From NCBI RefSeq assembly GCF_009914755.1, contig NC_060947.1: 64,000 nucleotides of DNA, one strand, 5' to 3'. Source of the stretch: the human T2T-CHM13v2.0 reference genome, Homo sapiens. Each line of letters opens with the position of its first letter. The first letter of the stretch is position 1. Below, one piece after another: positions 33,786 through 49,226 of the stretch. Below the pieces are notes generated by a model. The model worked only from the letters and a program-made list of their open reading frames with translations. It had not been told where the DNA came from and searched no databases. The position numbers were made by a program, and so were the translations under genes.

Positions 33786-35949
33786 TGATATTTCCAGACT
33801 GCCCTCTGAAGCCAGCCCCTTTCTTTTCCCACTAGATATCTTCTTCTCACATCAACTAAATGATATCACTACCTTCTTTACCTTCTTTCTCTCCCTTATC
33901 TCCAGCATTATCAATGTTGTGCTGTCTATTGGGTCATTTTGATCAGTCAATCAGGATTCATTTATACTGTTATTTCTCATCTTTATTATATATCACACTC
34001 AAATATTTATCATTGTATATATATATATTTATATTTATATTCTCTTGGCTCCACTTTCCCACCTGCCATTACACAATTCCCTTGCTCCCCTTTGATGCAA
34101 ATCTCTTTTACAGATACATATGAAATATGTTTCTATACACAATATAAGACATCATTTGAACCGGTGTTCCTGTCTAAGACTATACTTCCCTAGGCCTTCT
34201 ACCTACATCAGTTTGGGGCCAAGAGGGAGCCCCAGATGACCATACTTTTCTATCTCCCACTAGCTCTGCCTGTTCTGTTCCTCACTCACTCTGCCCCAGC
34301 TGTAGCCTCCCTGCTGTTCCTCAAACAAGCCATACTCACTATTGTCTTAGAGCATTTGCAATGTCTGTTTCATCTATCAGGAAAGTTCTTCCCCTAGGTA
34401 ACTAGTTTGACTACTCTCTCATCCCCTTGTAATAGTGGTCTCTATTTGATGTTCCCAATTTTTCTCCTCCCATTCTCTCTTGGACACATTCTAATCAGGG
34501 ATCCACCTCCACAAATCTGTTGAAATTGTTCCTGTCATGGTCATGGTCATGGCCATGAATGACTTCACGTTGTTCAATCCAGTGATCAATTCTTAGTCCT
34601 CACTTTACTTAACCTATCAGCAGCATTGGGCACTGCTAACGTGTCACTCCTCTTTGGTTCACTTTCTTCCCGTGGCTCCCAGGTCAACACATTCTCTGAT
34701 CTCACTGGGTGCTCCTTCTCAGTTTCGTTTACTGGCTCCTCCTCTTCTTCCAAACCTCTTAAAATGAGAATGCCCCAGGGCTCCTTCCCTGTTCTTTGCA
34801 TTTCTATGTGCACTCCCTTGGTGATGTCTTCCAGTCCAATAGCTAATACAAAATATTTCTAGGTTAACTTCCAAATTCATGTTTGCAGGCCAGATCTTCA
34901 TCTTAAACTCCTGTCTGATACATACAACTGCCTACTCAGCACCTCCACTCAATGTCTAATGGACATTTCAAACTCAAAATGTCATAGGCAGAACTAATCT
35001 GTTCTATAAAACCTATTGTTCCTCCTGCCTTCCTCACTTCAATTGATGGCAATTCCATCTGTCCATCTGCTTGAGCCAAAAACCTTGACATCACCTTCAA
35101 TTTCTTTCTTTCTCTCCCACTACACATCCAATCCATCAGGAAATCATTTTCACTCTACTTCAAAATGCATCCAAAATCCAACCACTTCTCACTATCTCCA
35201 TTGGTACACGTAAGGTTGAATCCACCATCATATCTCTTCTGGATAACTGCAACAGCTTTCTAACATGCCTCTCTGCTTCCACTCTCATTCCCCTATGGTG
35301 GTACATTCTCAACACAAAAATTAAAGAGATCATTTTAAAATATAAATCAAATCATGGCATTTCTCTGCTCAAAATCCTGCAAAGACACCGTATTCCACTT
35401 GCAGTCAGAGTCAAAGTCCCTGCAGAAGTCTGACATTTTCTGGTTCTCCATTATATCTCTGACCTCTCATCTGCTCTCCTCATTCTGCCACAGCTGTGGC
35501 CTTCTTGCTATCCTTCAAACAGCCTGGGCTCACTCTTGCCATAGGACCACGGCAATGTCTGTTCCTCCAGGAAGGAGTGCTGTTTTCCAATAGAGCCTCT
35601 CGTTTAAATTCTCTCACATATTTCAAGGCTCAAATCTCACTATATCAATGAGACCTACCTGAACCATCCTACTTAATGCTGCAAACTGCCCACCTTGTTT
35701 TCTCTATCCCCCTTACCATCCTCTGTTTTTGCTTCATCACCATCTAACACACTGTATAATTTATTTACTTATTATGCTAATTATCTTATTTCAGTCTTCA
35801 CCCATTGAAATGTAAGGTCTACAAGGGAAGAGACCTCTGCTTTCTTCACTGATCCCAAGTACCTAGAATTGTGCCTACAATAAATATTTGTTAAATGAAT
35901 CATTTTCTGGTGATTTTTGCATTATGACAAGTTAGATCATATCTGTGTG

Positions 35950-38170
35950 TAATCTTCTACAACTTGTTTTTTTTCACCCAACATTATGAATTTTCACCTA
36001 ATATTATGGATTTCTAAACATTTTACCTATGTTTATACAGTAACCAATAGAGGTGCATTTAAATGATATATAATATTCCATTATATGAATATTCCATAGT
36101 TAACTAATGCATTTCCATCCTTATAGACATTTAAGTTGCTTCCATCTTTTCTATTACAAGCAATGCGGCAGTTCATGTTCTTGCAATAGCCTCCTCTTAG
36201 TCTATAAACATGTCTCCTAGAATTGAAATTGCTAGATAACATAGTACATGCGTCTTCAACCTGACTGTACACTGCCAAATAAGTTTCCACAGTAATTGCA
36301 TCAATTTACATTCATACCAGCAGTGTATGAGTCCCATTTTCCCCATATTCTTGCCAATATTTAGTATTTTCAGACTTCGTTAGCCCATCAAATGGGTGAA
36401 AGTGAGTATCTCCCTAGTGTTTGAACCTGTATGTCCCAGATTATTTCATGAGGATGAGCATCTTTTTTTAATTATACTTTAAGTTCTGGGATACATGTGC
36501 AGAATGTGCAGATTTGTTACACAGGTATACACGTGCCATGGTGGTTTGCTGCACCCATCAACCCGTCATCTACATTAGCTACTTCTCCTAATACTATCCC
36601 TCCCCTAGTCCCCCACCCACCGACAGGACCCGGTGTGTGATGTTCCCCTCCCTGTGTCAATGTGTTCTCATTGTTCAGCTCCCACTTATGAGTGAGAACA
36701 TGCAGTGTTTGGTTTCTGTTCCTGTGTTAGTTTGCTGAGAATGATGGTTTCCAGCTTCATCCATGTCCCTGAAAAGAACACGAATGAGGAAGAGCATCTT
36801 TTTATAGGTTTCCTGGTTATATACCTTTCCTCTTCTGTGAAGTACGTTTTCAGGTCATTTACCTATTTTTCCTATAAGTTGTTTGTTTTTTAAGTATTGC
36901 TTCTTAGGGGTTCTTCACATATTCTGTATCTAATTATTGGTCAGCAATATATTTTGCAAAAAGTTTCTCTAAATCTGTTGCTGGTTTTCTTTTTTGAATC
37001 CGTATTATGTTCATTTACAACAAATGTAACTGGAATAAACCTGTTTGAGGAAAAAACATGACTTTCGGTATGCGTGCAACTCTACTGGTGAGAGCCATAT
37101 ATAAGAAAGTATCCTGTAAGGCAGATTTTCAAAATGTTTTATTTAAGCACAATATACATACATACATATCTTAGGTGTATATCTTGATAAATGTTCACAA
37201 AGTAAAGACACCCATATAACCAGCTCTCAGATCAAGACACAGTACATTACCAACCTCCCCCTGCCCCACCACAAGCTTCTTTTGTGCCCCTTTCCAATCA
37301 CTATGCCCAAGGATGATAACCACTCTCCTGATGATTAGTTGTGCCTCTTTTCTGCTTTGAATAAATGGGATCTTTCAGTATATACTCCTCTGTGTCTGGC
37401 TTCTTTTGCTCAACATTAGGTTTGTGAGATTCACCCATGTTGTCATGAATTTGTAGTTGTAGTTAGTTTATTCTCCTTTATTGCTACGTTTTAATGTATA
37501 CCACAATTTATTTATTCATTCTACTGTTGGTGGACACTTGTTTTTTTCAGTTTGGGGCTATTACAAATAATGTGATTATGAGCATATTCATAATGTCTTT
37601 AGTGAATATACATATGCTTTTTTCTTGGGTATATACCAAGAAATGGAGTTTCTGGTCATAGGGAATGCATAGGTTCAGCTTCAGTAGATAGAGCAAACTG
37701 GTTTTCCAAAAAGCTTGTACCAATGATTGCTCATCTTTTAAGACTAATGTTATTTCTCATGTCTTTTATTATACAATGTTTGTGGAATCAAATATATCAA
37801 TATTTTCCTTTAAAACTTATGTTTTGGGATTTTGTTTAGGAAACTCTCTACTCTGAGGACATGATTTTTTATTGGTTTTAAGATTTTGGTTGTGTACTTT
37901 GGTCTTTTATACATCTAGATTTTATTTTATATAAGGCATGGATCTAGATTTTTCTTCGAGAAGGGAAACAACTCTCCCAATCACATTTATTAAATTATTC
38001 ATCCTTTTTTCACTCCTTTGCAAAATCACTTCTTTCATATAACAATTTACTATATGTGCCTTTTCTAATTTTGTAATCAATGTTTCAAATTCCACAAAAA
38101 TTGGCCTGTTAATATTTTGATTGGAATAATATTGGATTTATGGATTAATTTGAGAAGAATTACCAATTTG
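35950..38170 (-). mobile_element. Ancient L1M (L1MC/ME-like) fragments
   Basis: Diverged L1 3' motifs on the minus strand (CAATTTACATTCATACCAGCAGTGTATGAG, GGCTATTACAAATAAT). Confidence 0.65.
36463..36783 (-). mobile_element. Short L1PA7-like 3' end inserted into L1M, with target-site duplication
   Basis: TTATACTTTAAGTTCTGGGATACATGTGCAG; flanking duplication ATGAGGA(T/A)GAGCATCTTTT at 36448 and 36784. Confidence 0.9.
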
Positions 38171-38205
38171 CTCACTTAAAGTCTCCCCACATACAAATGG
38201 AGTAT

Positions 38206-38671
38206 TGTTGGGAAAGACAACCCATCATGGTCCCTAAGCATTCACACATGTTCTTTCTGAGTATGCCAAAAATGTAAGGCACTGAAGACTCTTCACCTTG
38301 GCCATTCTCAGGGCCATGTTTGCAGTGAGAAACCCTGAAGGATGAGGAAACATCACAAAGAGCCGGCTTATTTCCATTTTCTATAAAAGCAGTGGATCCT
38401 CCAAATGTATTGTTTCTTTCCTGTAATGCAACCCACTGTGCAGCTATCCATCATTGGTCCTTTGCATTGCCCTTGTGGGATCTGGGGGGCATTGGGAACG
38501 AACACAAGCCAACAGGAAGTTCTAGCTACTGCTTTTTCTGAGTAATAAAGTCCTTTGCCTCTCACCCAAGATTCTCATGTCTTCTGACAGAATACATGAA
38601 ACTGTGTGTGTCAGGCTAATTTGTAAGTTTGTAAATAGGGTCAAATTCCAGACTTTTTGTAGTTCCTGACA
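38206..38671 (+). mobile_element. ERV1 solo LTR (MER31-like) with 5-bp TSD AGTAT
   Basis: TGTTGGGAAAGACAA...TTCCTGACA flanked by AGTAT at 38201-38205 and 38672-38676; internal TATAAAA and AATAAA. Confidence 0.75.
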
Positions 38672-39004
38672 AGTATATTCCTCCACTTTCCGATTTTTAT
38701 TAAATTTCCTTTAGTACAGTCTCATACTTTTCTGCATAATGGTTTATACATCTTTGTTAGCTATCTTCCTAGCTGCCTTACAGATTTTGGGAATATCATG
38801 AATGGGTAATTTTTCCTATTGCATTTTCGAATTGATTGCTGAATTCCACACACCTATGCATGTCATTAGTATAGCTTCTCACATGGAATAATGTACTGTT
38901 TCCCTTGATAGAATGTTGGCTTCTCTTGAGAGCAGAAACCATGCCTTATTCATGTCTATATTCTCCTAATGAAACATTTAATTCAACTAATATTTATTGA
39001 GCAT

Positions 39005-39449
39005 TGTTATGATTTGAATATGGTTTGTGCCCACCAAAACTCATATTGAGACTTGGTCCCCAATGTAACAGTGTTGAGAGGGGGTGGAATATTTAACAGG
39101 CTTCTGGGTCATTAGGGATTCACTCTCATGAAGGGATTAAAGCAGTCTGGTGGGAGTGAGTCAGTTCTTACTCTTTGTGGGACTGGATTGGTTATGCAAG
39201 TGCAAGTTGTTGTAAAGTGAGGTTGCGTCTCGTGTTTGGTGTTTTACTCTCTTTGCAGGGACCTGGTTTCCCTTCCATTTCTCTGCCATGTTTTGCCACA
39301 GTACAAGGCCCTCATCAGAAGCTACCAGAGGCAGCTGCCCAATCTTAAACTTCCCAGCCTGCAGAACAATGAGCTAAATAAACCTCTTTTCTTTGTAAAT
39401 TGCCCAGTTTCAGGTATTCACTTATAGCAACACAAAATGGACTAAGACA
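39005..39449 (+). mobile_element. MSTB-like MaLR solo LTR with 5-bp TSD AGCAT
   Basis: TGTTATGATTTGAATATGG...ATAGCAACACAAAATGGACTAAGACA flanked by AGCAT on both sides. Confidence 0.85.
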
Positions 39450-39582
39450 AGCATCTACTATGTATCAGTTGCTAAATAAAAAGAGGTATACAATCATAAA
39501 TAAAGTGCCTGCTCTCAAGGAATTTATAAAATGTGAAGGAGACAAACGGAGCCACAAAATATTTCTGTTAAGAAAGTCATAT

Positions 39583-39890
39583 TGGCCAGGCATGGTGGCT
39601 CACGCCTGTAATCCTAGCACTTTGGGAGGCCGAGGCTGATGGATCACCTGAGGTCAGGAGTTCAAGAACAGCCTGGCCAACATAGTAAAACCTCGTCTTT
39701 ACTAAAAATACAAAAACTAGCTGGGCATGGTGGTGCACACCTGTAGTCCCAGCTACTTGGAGGCTGAGGTGGGAGAATCACATATCACATGGACCCAGGG
39801 AAGGCGAGTTCACGCCACTGCACCCCAGCCTGGGTAACAGAGCGAGGCTCCGTCAAAAAAAAAAAAAAAAAGTAAAAAAGAAAAAAGAAA
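39583..39890 (+). mobile_element. Alu
   Basis: GGCCAGGCATGGTGGCTCACGCCTGTAATCC to poly(A); TSD AAGAAAGT(C/G)ATATT. Confidence 0.95.
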
Positions 39891-40600
39891 GTGATATTAT
39901 GTATCATAACAAAGGTATGAACAAAGTGCTGTGGGAGTAGAGGCAATTCATCGTGACTTGGAAGATTCTGGAAGTCTTCAAACAGTAAGTAGTGTTTGAG
40001 TTGGGCCTCAGACAGTGATCTAGACTGTGCAGATGGAGAGCTAGGGAAGGGAGGTAACTTCTGATACCATGCCTGGCATTCAAAGTCTTCCACAATATAG
40101 TCCCAAACTATCTTCCCAAACCTAGCTGCTATGTCCTCCAGGAAATAAAAGTTAGTCTTTCATGCCAAATTCATCCATCAATCACATTCTAAACTCTAAA
40201 TCTTTGAGTTCCCACCTTGTTGTTTTGCACTATAGCACAATGACTAAGAGCAAAGTATCTAGAGCCAAAGGAATTTGGATTCTGGTCCAGATTCTACAAC
40301 TTACTGGCTATGAAGTATTGGGCAAGTAAAGCTAGAAATGCTGCTTATCTTATAGGACTGTGTGATCAATCAGGTAATTTTTGTAAAACTTTGGCATGGT
40401 ACCTGGTACAGAGTACAATACTATGAATGCTACCTCTACTTTATCCATCCCTGTGATCTCAAGTCAATTAAAACATACTTACTGTATATCCACTATGTGC
40501 AATAGATTGTATTAAGTATTATGAAGAACACAAAGATGAATGAGACCCTATTTCTGCCCAGCGACATGTCAGGTAGAGAATAAAAAGTATATACACAAAT

Positions 40601-40890
40601 AGGTCAGGTGCAGTGGCTCAAGCCTGTAATCCCAGCACTTTGTGAAGCTGAGGCAGGAGGATCACTTGAGGTCAGGAGTTGGAAACAAGCCTGGCCAACA
40701 TGGCAAAACCCCGTCTCTACTAAAAATACAAAATTTGCTAGGCGTGGTGGCACGCGCCTGTATTCCTAGATACTCGGGAGGCTGAGGCACGAAAATTGCT
40801 TTAATCCAGGAAGTGGAGGTTGCAGTGAGCCGAGATAATGCCACTGCACTCCAGCCTTGGCAACAGAGTGAGACTCTGTCTCAAAAAATA
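40601..40890 (+). mobile_element. Alu
   Basis: Full dimeric Alu; tail degenerated to (TA)n. Confidence 0.95.
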
Positions 40891-42313
40891 TATATATGTG
40901 TATATATATATATGTACACAAATAATCATGAGGCAAGGCAAATCAAAAGAACTGGCTTCTTCTAGCTCTGGCCCTTGATATCATGCAAAAGTCAGACCAC
41001 ATGATCATCAAGACCACTTCTAAGTCTAATAATTCTATGACATCTATGATTTTAAATGTTACATCAAGGTTAATAAGTACCAGGGGAAAGTGGAAAAGAA
41101 AGAAATCTAATTCCACCTGAGGGAGTCCAAGAAGCCTGCATAGAGGAAATGACATTTGAATTGGACCTTTAAAAATGGATAGCATTTGTTGAAGGAAGAA
41201 ATGGGTGCAATGGAATTACAGGAAGAGGGGAAAAGAACAAAGAGAAATGTAGGGCACACTTGGGAAACATCCAGTAGTCTTATGTGGTTGGGACATCGAG
41301 ATTCATAATATTTAAGCAGAGGAAAATCAGGTGAAAAAAGTAGGCTGGTGTCAGATTATGGAGGACCTTGAATGTCACGCTGAGTGGTTTGGATTTTATC
41401 TTGTAAGTTATTCACATTGGACGGTGACAAGAAAATCCACTGAAAAGAGTTGTGGCAGTTGTTCAGGTATAAAATAAGAAGAGACTGAATTAAGGCTGTG
41501 GGTCTAATAATTGAAAATTAAGGACAAGTCTTTTGGCGGTTTTTCATATACTACTCTGTGTATATTGTTGAATGATTTTTAATCAAACATGTTTGGAGGG
41601 CAGGACCCATTCATTCATTCATTCTACAAATATCTATTGAGCACTTACTATGTGCATGACAGTCTGGGCACTGGAAATAGAGTGATGAGTGAGAGAGTCA
41701 AGTTCCCTATACCTTAGTACCCTTTGTGCTAAAAGTACCAGAAAATGATGATACCATTGGAAGTGGGAAGACTAGGGACACATTGGTAGGGAGAATAAAG
41801 AGTTTAATCTTGACATATTAAGTTTTGGAATGCCTATATCTCAGTGAAAATATCAAATAGGCAGTTAGATACAGATATCTTGAGATTTTATGTACTCTAT
41901 CTCAGAGTTGACCTTTTTTGTACTCCATCTCCATTATCATAATAAATTTTTTAAGGTTTGCTGTTTACTTTTTGAAAACCTAAGGAATTAGTGGCATCTT
42001 TATAGATAATAACATAGTACATTATGTTAATATGTTATACTGAATATGTCAACATGAGGCATCAACACATATAAATTGATTTCTTAACAGATATATATTT
42101 TTTCTCTTAAAATAGAAGGACATTATATGTAAGAAACTCATAATAATCCCATTTGTGATAATCTGCTTTACTGTTAGTAATTGTTTAACAAAGCAACAAA
42201 TAAAAATCCCAAAAAGGATATATTGAACACTATGAAGGATATTATGAAACTTGGAGAAACATTAAAATTCGAATTTCAACCATTATTTTTGTTTACATTA
42301 AAACTCAACAGTT

Positions 42314-42628
<315 letters not shown>

Positions 42629-42689
42629 TTAAGTTTTGCTGAAATTAAAATCTCAACAGTAATTTTGTGAAAAGAAAATCTCAGCATCT

Positions 42690-44900
42690 ATTTCTGTACA
42701 TATTAATAAGAATAGTTAAGAAACTCTTGAGGAATAAGAATGAAGTGGGAAGACTTTCCCTATCAGATATCAAGACATTTATTATTATTACTGTTACAGG
42801 TAATAAGGCAATGCTGTACTGGCACAAGGTTAGATAAATAAACTGATGGAATAGAACAGACAGGTCAGAAATAGTCCCAATAATATATGAAAACTTGATA
42901 TTTGACAGAGTTGGCATTGTAACTGAATGGGAGAAGGAAAGACTTTTCAACAAATGATATTAGGGTATTGGATATTCATAAGGAAAAAAATTAGACCTCT
43001 ATTCTCATACGCTACACGAAAATTAATTCCAAGTATATTAAAAACCCAAATATGAAAGTCAAAACCATAAAATTGTAAATGTTATTATAGTATAAAGGAA
43101 TATCTTCATGATATTGGAGTATAGAAAGATTCCTTTGAAAAGACACAAAAGCACTTACCGTAAAAAAGGATTGATAACTTCGATATCTATCTTATAATTA
43201 GAACTTATGCTTATCAAAAGAAATCACTAAAATGGAAAAATAAGTGGCAAGGTGGGGAGAGATGTATGGAACACATATAAAAGAGGAAGAACTAAAATTA
43301 AAACAAATAACTTCTACAAATTAATTTGAAAAAGTCATACAACTCAACAGGAAAACATGACAAATGTCTAGAATAAATGCTTCACAAAAGAGGAAATCCT
43401 AATGTTCAATAGGCAAGTGAAAAGATGCTCAACATTATTAGTCATCAGGAAAATCAAATTAAGAGATGCCATTTACACCAACTAGATAGGCAAAAATTAA
43501 GAAGTCTGATAATACCAAGTGTTGGCCAGCAGGTGGAGCAATGGGAATTGTTAAACCTGGCTAGTAAGAGCGTGAATTGGTACATGCCATGAGGAAGTTA
43601 GGCATCATCCAATTAAATTGAAGGTGCTCGTATTCCATAAACCAGTAATTCCATTCTTACATAAGTGCCCTAGAGATACCTGTGTTTATACACACTACCA
43701 AGAACATTGATAGTAGCACCGTTTTGTAACAGTCAAAAATTAGGTTTCATCTCACCCCAGTTAAAATGGCCATTATCAGAAAGACAAAACAGAATCTGGC
43801 AAGGATGTGGAGAAAGGGGAACTCTCATACACTGTTATTGGGAATGTAAGATGGTACAGCCATTATGGAAAACGGTATGGGTGTCCCTCAAAAAACTAAA
43901 AATAGCACTACCATTATGATTCAGCAATCTTGCTGCTGGGTATATATCCAAAAAAATTTTTTTAACAGTATATTGAAAAGATATCTGCACTCCTATGTTT
44001 ATTGCGGCACTATTTACAAGATCCAAGTTATGGAATCAACCTAAGTGTCCATCAATAAATAAATGGATAAAGAAAATGTGATATATGTACACGATTTAAT
44101 AGTATTCAGCTATAAAAAAAATAATGCAATCCTGTCATTTGTGGCAACATAGATGAGCTTGGAGGATTTTTTGTGAAGTGAAATGTGAAGTGAAATAAGC
44201 CAGGCTCAGAAAGACAAATATCACATGTCCTCACTCATATGTGGGAGCTAAAAAAGTTGATCTCAAGGAGGTGGAGAGTAGAACTGTGGTTACCAGAGGC
44301 TGGGAAGGGTACTGCAGAGGAGTGAATGAAGAGAGATTGGTTAATGGGTGCAAAAATACAGTTAGAGAGAAGGAATAAGATCTAGTGTTCAATACCACAA
44401 CAGAGTGACCACAGTATTCAATTTATTGTGTATTTCAAAATAGCTAGAAGAGAAGATTTGGAATGTTCCCAATGCAAAGAAATGATAAATGTTTGAGCTG
44501 ATGGATATCCCAATTACCTTGATTTAATCATTACACATTGTACACATGTATCAAAATATCACATATACCCCATAAACATATACAATTATTATACATCAAT
44601 AAAACTAATGAACTGTAAAAATAAAACCTGCAAACAACCAGAATGTTCCTCAAAGTTATCATGAATAAATCATGGTATATTTATACAATGGTAAACTGTA
44701 CAACAATAAAAATGGATCAACTACAGCTATCTGCAATATCAATGAGTCTCACAAGCAATGTGGAGTGAAACAAGATAGTCACAATTCCAAGTCTAAAAAG
44801 CATTTAATGTTTGAACATCTGTAAAACAAAACTGTTGTTTAGAGATGCTTATAAGGAAGAAAACTTATAAACAAAAGCAAAGAAATTATTATTACAAAAG
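42690..44900 (+). mobile_element. Ancient L1M elements (nested L1MA/MB/ME-like 3' portions)
   Basis: Diverged ORF2 C-terminal and 3'UTR motifs (TGGAATCAACCTAAGTGTCCATCAA, AAATGATAAATGTTTGAG, CATATACCCCATAAA). Confidence 0.75.
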
Positions 44901-45939
44901 TCAGCATGGGGGCTACACCTAAGATGGAGGGAGCGGTGTCATCAGTGGTGGGGGGAGAAGAGTAGGTTATTAAAGGGCTCTATTTCTTGCTCTGGCTGGT
45001 TATTACATGGGTGATGGCTTTGTAAATGTTCTTTAAACTGGCAGTTCTCTTCTGAATGTATCTGTTTTCTTAATGAAATAGAAAGTAGGGTCACTAGTTG
45101 GAAATGATGAGGGAGGGAGTATTAAAAGATTTGAGGAAAGGAAGATGATATGAAAGAACCAGAGACACTGGAGAGTGAACAGACTAGAGAAATACAATAT
45201 TTTTATCTTTTCTGAAAGCTTTTTATATTGTTTCTGATTTATTATGCTTTTTCTCTCATATGCAACGTCATTTTATTAACTTTAATATACTACACTATAT
45301 ATAGTTATCCCAGTAAAATTATAATGCTATTTAGTGTTTAAAAATAAATTGTAAATGCAAAATTAAGTCAGAATATACCATATAATGATTTGTCATAAAA
45401 CGTTATTATTTCAACTTGAGCTTTATAAAAGCTGATGTAGTTTATATTTAGAGAAAAATATATATCACGCATATATTGTGTTGTATGATGGCTTTTTATT
45501 CTTTTTTTTGACTTTTTATACCAAGTAATTTTAGTGTTAAATTGTATATTTTATGTGTTTAAACAGATATAGATATTTATTACCTCCTTATTTTATTGGT
45601 CTCAACTCCTAAAACTCATTTTTAATATCAGAAAACATAGCTCCATTAACATCACTAAACTAAATATTAACATTGACATTTAAAATTACTTGAAAACGAC
45701 TATGCCCTTAAATTTTGCTCACAACTTTTAAGTGGAAAAAGTTGACAGGTCTGTATAATTTTACAATATTGCCTAGGATTTCATATGAACCGATTTGAAA
45801 AACTCAATTATTTAAATTATAACATGCTTTAGTTGTAAATCCATGTTTATATTATAATTGCATAGCTTCAAGCTTCAACATACATAAAGTTTTTATAAAG
45901 GCAAATATAGTAAATTTAAGCAATTATTAGCAATTTAGC

Positions 45940-46781
45940 TTTAAAATATACTCCGAGGGGAAAATACCCAAACTTTTTGCATTGCTCTTACACCACGGCA
46001 ATCAGCACAGAATATTTCCATGTCCAGATGTGTGGAGTTTTCCCACACACTAAGTGAGCAATCAGTTCTGCAGCGAACACCAGCTGGGTGTACTCCAATT
46101 CCATTCTGACACAATCTACCTGGAGATAGCGTCATATCCCACAAGCTGAGGACTAGGTTTCACAAGACTGTTCCCAGGCCCTTCAGACACCAGTCGCAAA
46201 TCCAAGCCTCCAGAACTTCTGACAGATGGGCTTCAAGTTTGAGTTCACATGACCCCTTCTTTGGGTTTAATTTGCCAGAAAGGGTCACAGAACTTGGGGA
46301 AATACTTAACGTTTACCACTTTATTATAAAGGATATATCAAAGGATAGAGATGAAGAGATGCATAGGGTGAGGTACTGCGGAAGGGGCTCAGAGCTTCTG
46401 TGCCCTCCCTGGGTCACCACCCTCCAGGAACCTCCACATGTTCAGCTATCTGGAAGCTCTCCAAACCCAGTGCTTTGGGGTTTTTATGGAAGCTTCATTG
46501 CGTAGGCATGATTGATTAAATCATTGGCCACTGGTGATCAACTTAACCTTCCATCCCTCTCCCCTCCCTGGAGGTCGGGAATGAGGCTGTTAAGTCCCAA
46601 CCCTCTAATGGTGCCTTGGTCTTCCTGGTGACTAGTTCCCATCCTGAAGCAACCAGAGGCTGCCAGCCATCAGTCAATTATTAGCATACAAAAAGATATC
46701 ACTTTGGAAATTCTAAGGATTTTAGGAGTTGTATGCCAAGAAACAGGATCAAAGACCAAGTATATATTTCACAATATCACA
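45940..46781 (-). mobile_element. MER21-like LTR
   Basis: CACCAGCTGGGTGTACTCCAATTCCATTCTGACACAATCTACCTGGAGATAGCGTCA...TATATTTCACAATATCACA resembles recalled MER21 in reverse. Confidence 0.75.
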
Positions 46782-48044
46782 TATATTGTGTGAGTTTTCA
46801 TTTTATTATATTCTGTAATAACTGTCCCATTGTCAGAGATAAAACACGGTCTCTTAAAAAATAATTTGGATCTACAAACATTGAATCTAGGAATATTGAA
46901 AACTGATGTATGCAACTCTCAGATAGTTCAGGGAAAAAATATCCTGTGTGTGTATAGACAGAGTGCACACTTAAATAATAAAGCAAATGGGGAGAAACAT
47001 TAATAATAGGGGAATTAGGGTAAAGGGGACATGGGTGTTCTTTAAGCTTTATTTATGCTTGCAACATTTTTAAATGTTTGAAATTATTTTTAAATAAGAA
47101 GTTAAAATGAAGAAAGGGACATGGATGGACAGAATGACATAAGTGGAAATCACCAGTGTACTTGGGAGATGAATGCATCTTTTTCCTTTCCTTATGCAGA
47201 CTCTGTGTTCATACTTCCTTGAATCCACAAGTTGAGTACTGTCCCAACACATCCCGATCTGCAGATGTGGAAGCTCATCTTCAGCTCTCCTGGACCAGCC
47301 ATTTTCTGCCAACCTTGGTGGCAAATGCTCTCTGACATCATACCTCCAACAACCATGTCTTTAATTTCTGTGGCATTCAGTGAGAAGTTCTCACTGCTAA
47401 ATCTACAACCAAGTAAGACAAATACAGGACAAATTTGGTTCAGTAAGGAGATGCAAGAGGAGGGCATTACTAAGATATCTGTAGGGGGAAACTATAACAC
47501 ATGTCATCTTGGAAATCCTCAAAATTCCAGAGTTGAAACAAATGGTACAGTTGTACAGTGTGATTCTGTTTGTGAAATTTCAGTTCCTGAACTGGTGCTA
47601 ATAGCAAACATGCCATCAGTAATATAAACTCATCAAATGTGCCAGTTGAAAGTAATTTTTATTATTGTTATTATTATTATCAGTAGCAGCATCATTATCA
47701 TTAGCACAAAACTAAATCAATTATTAAAAGAAAGCAAAAACACAGCCCAAAGGCACGTGTCTTGCTGACAGTGAGTCAATAACTTTATCGTCATGTACAA
47801 GGGACAGCACCCTGAGGATATACCATATCACAGCTTGATAATCAACTCAGTAATTTGACCAACGTTATTGAGCACCTAGGCACAATGGAAGATTTTAAAA
47901 TGCATACAAAAATCCCTGCTTTCAATGAGTTTTACAGTCTAGTAGGAGGTATTGAAGAATACAAGAACAAAGGGTCACATGAGATTAGTGACATAATGGA
48001 ATCAGTACCCTGTATGAAGTGCTGTTAGAAAGGGGCATCACAGA

Positions 48045-48354
<310 letters not shown>

Positions 48355-49220
48355 TCACAGAGACTAATGTCACATTCAGTTGGGGAAAATCAAGAACTCC
48401 ATAGAGAAGGTGACCTCTGAGCTGGGCTTCAAGGAACTGGAAGGATTTTGGTAGACTGGCATGTGAAGAAGGAGCACTGCAGGTGGAAAGAATAGTGTGG
48501 GCCAGAGTATGGCCATGGGAAAGTTCATGGAATGTCTGGGGAGAGAACAATAGTTCATTATGGCTAGTGTTTGGGGTTTATGTAAGTGGAGTGACAATAT
48601 GTTGAAAGTTATATGATGACCATATTTTGAATGGCTCTGAATGACAGGCTAAGATTTCTGATCTTTATGTCATAGTAACTACATTTAACCACATCAACAA
48701 AATATGCAATTTTCTGTGAAGAGATATGGTCACTTCACTTCCAGGTTTCTTAGGGAAACTCAAACGGTTTCTAGGCAATGTTATCACCTTGCTCTCAGAA
48801 ATGTCCTAGCAGATAACACCAAGCAGACTATAGCAAATGTTTCTATTTTGCATGTAATTAAATCTTTTCTTTCAAAGTTTTTATTCTTTCCATCCATGGG
48901 CCACGCCTCTTCTCACTCCCATCTCCAGCCCCACTAGTTCTTGTGGCACCTGACGAGTTCATGCAAGCCTAATTTAGGATTTCCAGCCACAGCTGCTACC
49001 CTGAAAGTAGGACCCACAGCCTTGAGAAGTGAGAGGTGGTGGTAGAGGCAGTGAACAATATCATGAAAATGTAGCCATCTGAGAAGTTTTATGGAATTCC
49101 CATCCTAAGAGTCAAGCATAGTTCTTTGAAATTGGAGTTCCACTCAGTTTGGTCTGGAGGACACCTAGAGGGGTCCCAGAGCTCAGAGTGCCTAAGTAAG
49201 GTCATCTTTTTAAGTTTCTG

Positions 49221-49226
49221 TTTATT
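49221..49226 (-). terminator. Candidate proximal polyadenylation signal for SLC25A53
   Basis: Minus-strand AATAAA about 300 nt after the stop codon; more distal sites may also be used. Confidence 0.45.

Larger units (their letters stand above)
32000..35900 (+). mobile_element. Long degraded L2 (L2a-like) interrupted by younger inserts
   Basis: CT-rich L2 ORF2-like sequence (TCAATTCTTAGTCCTCA..ACCTATCAGCAGCATT, AAAACCTTGACATCACC) ending CCTAGAATTGTGCCT..AATAAATATTTGTTAAATGAAT. Confidence 0.75.
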
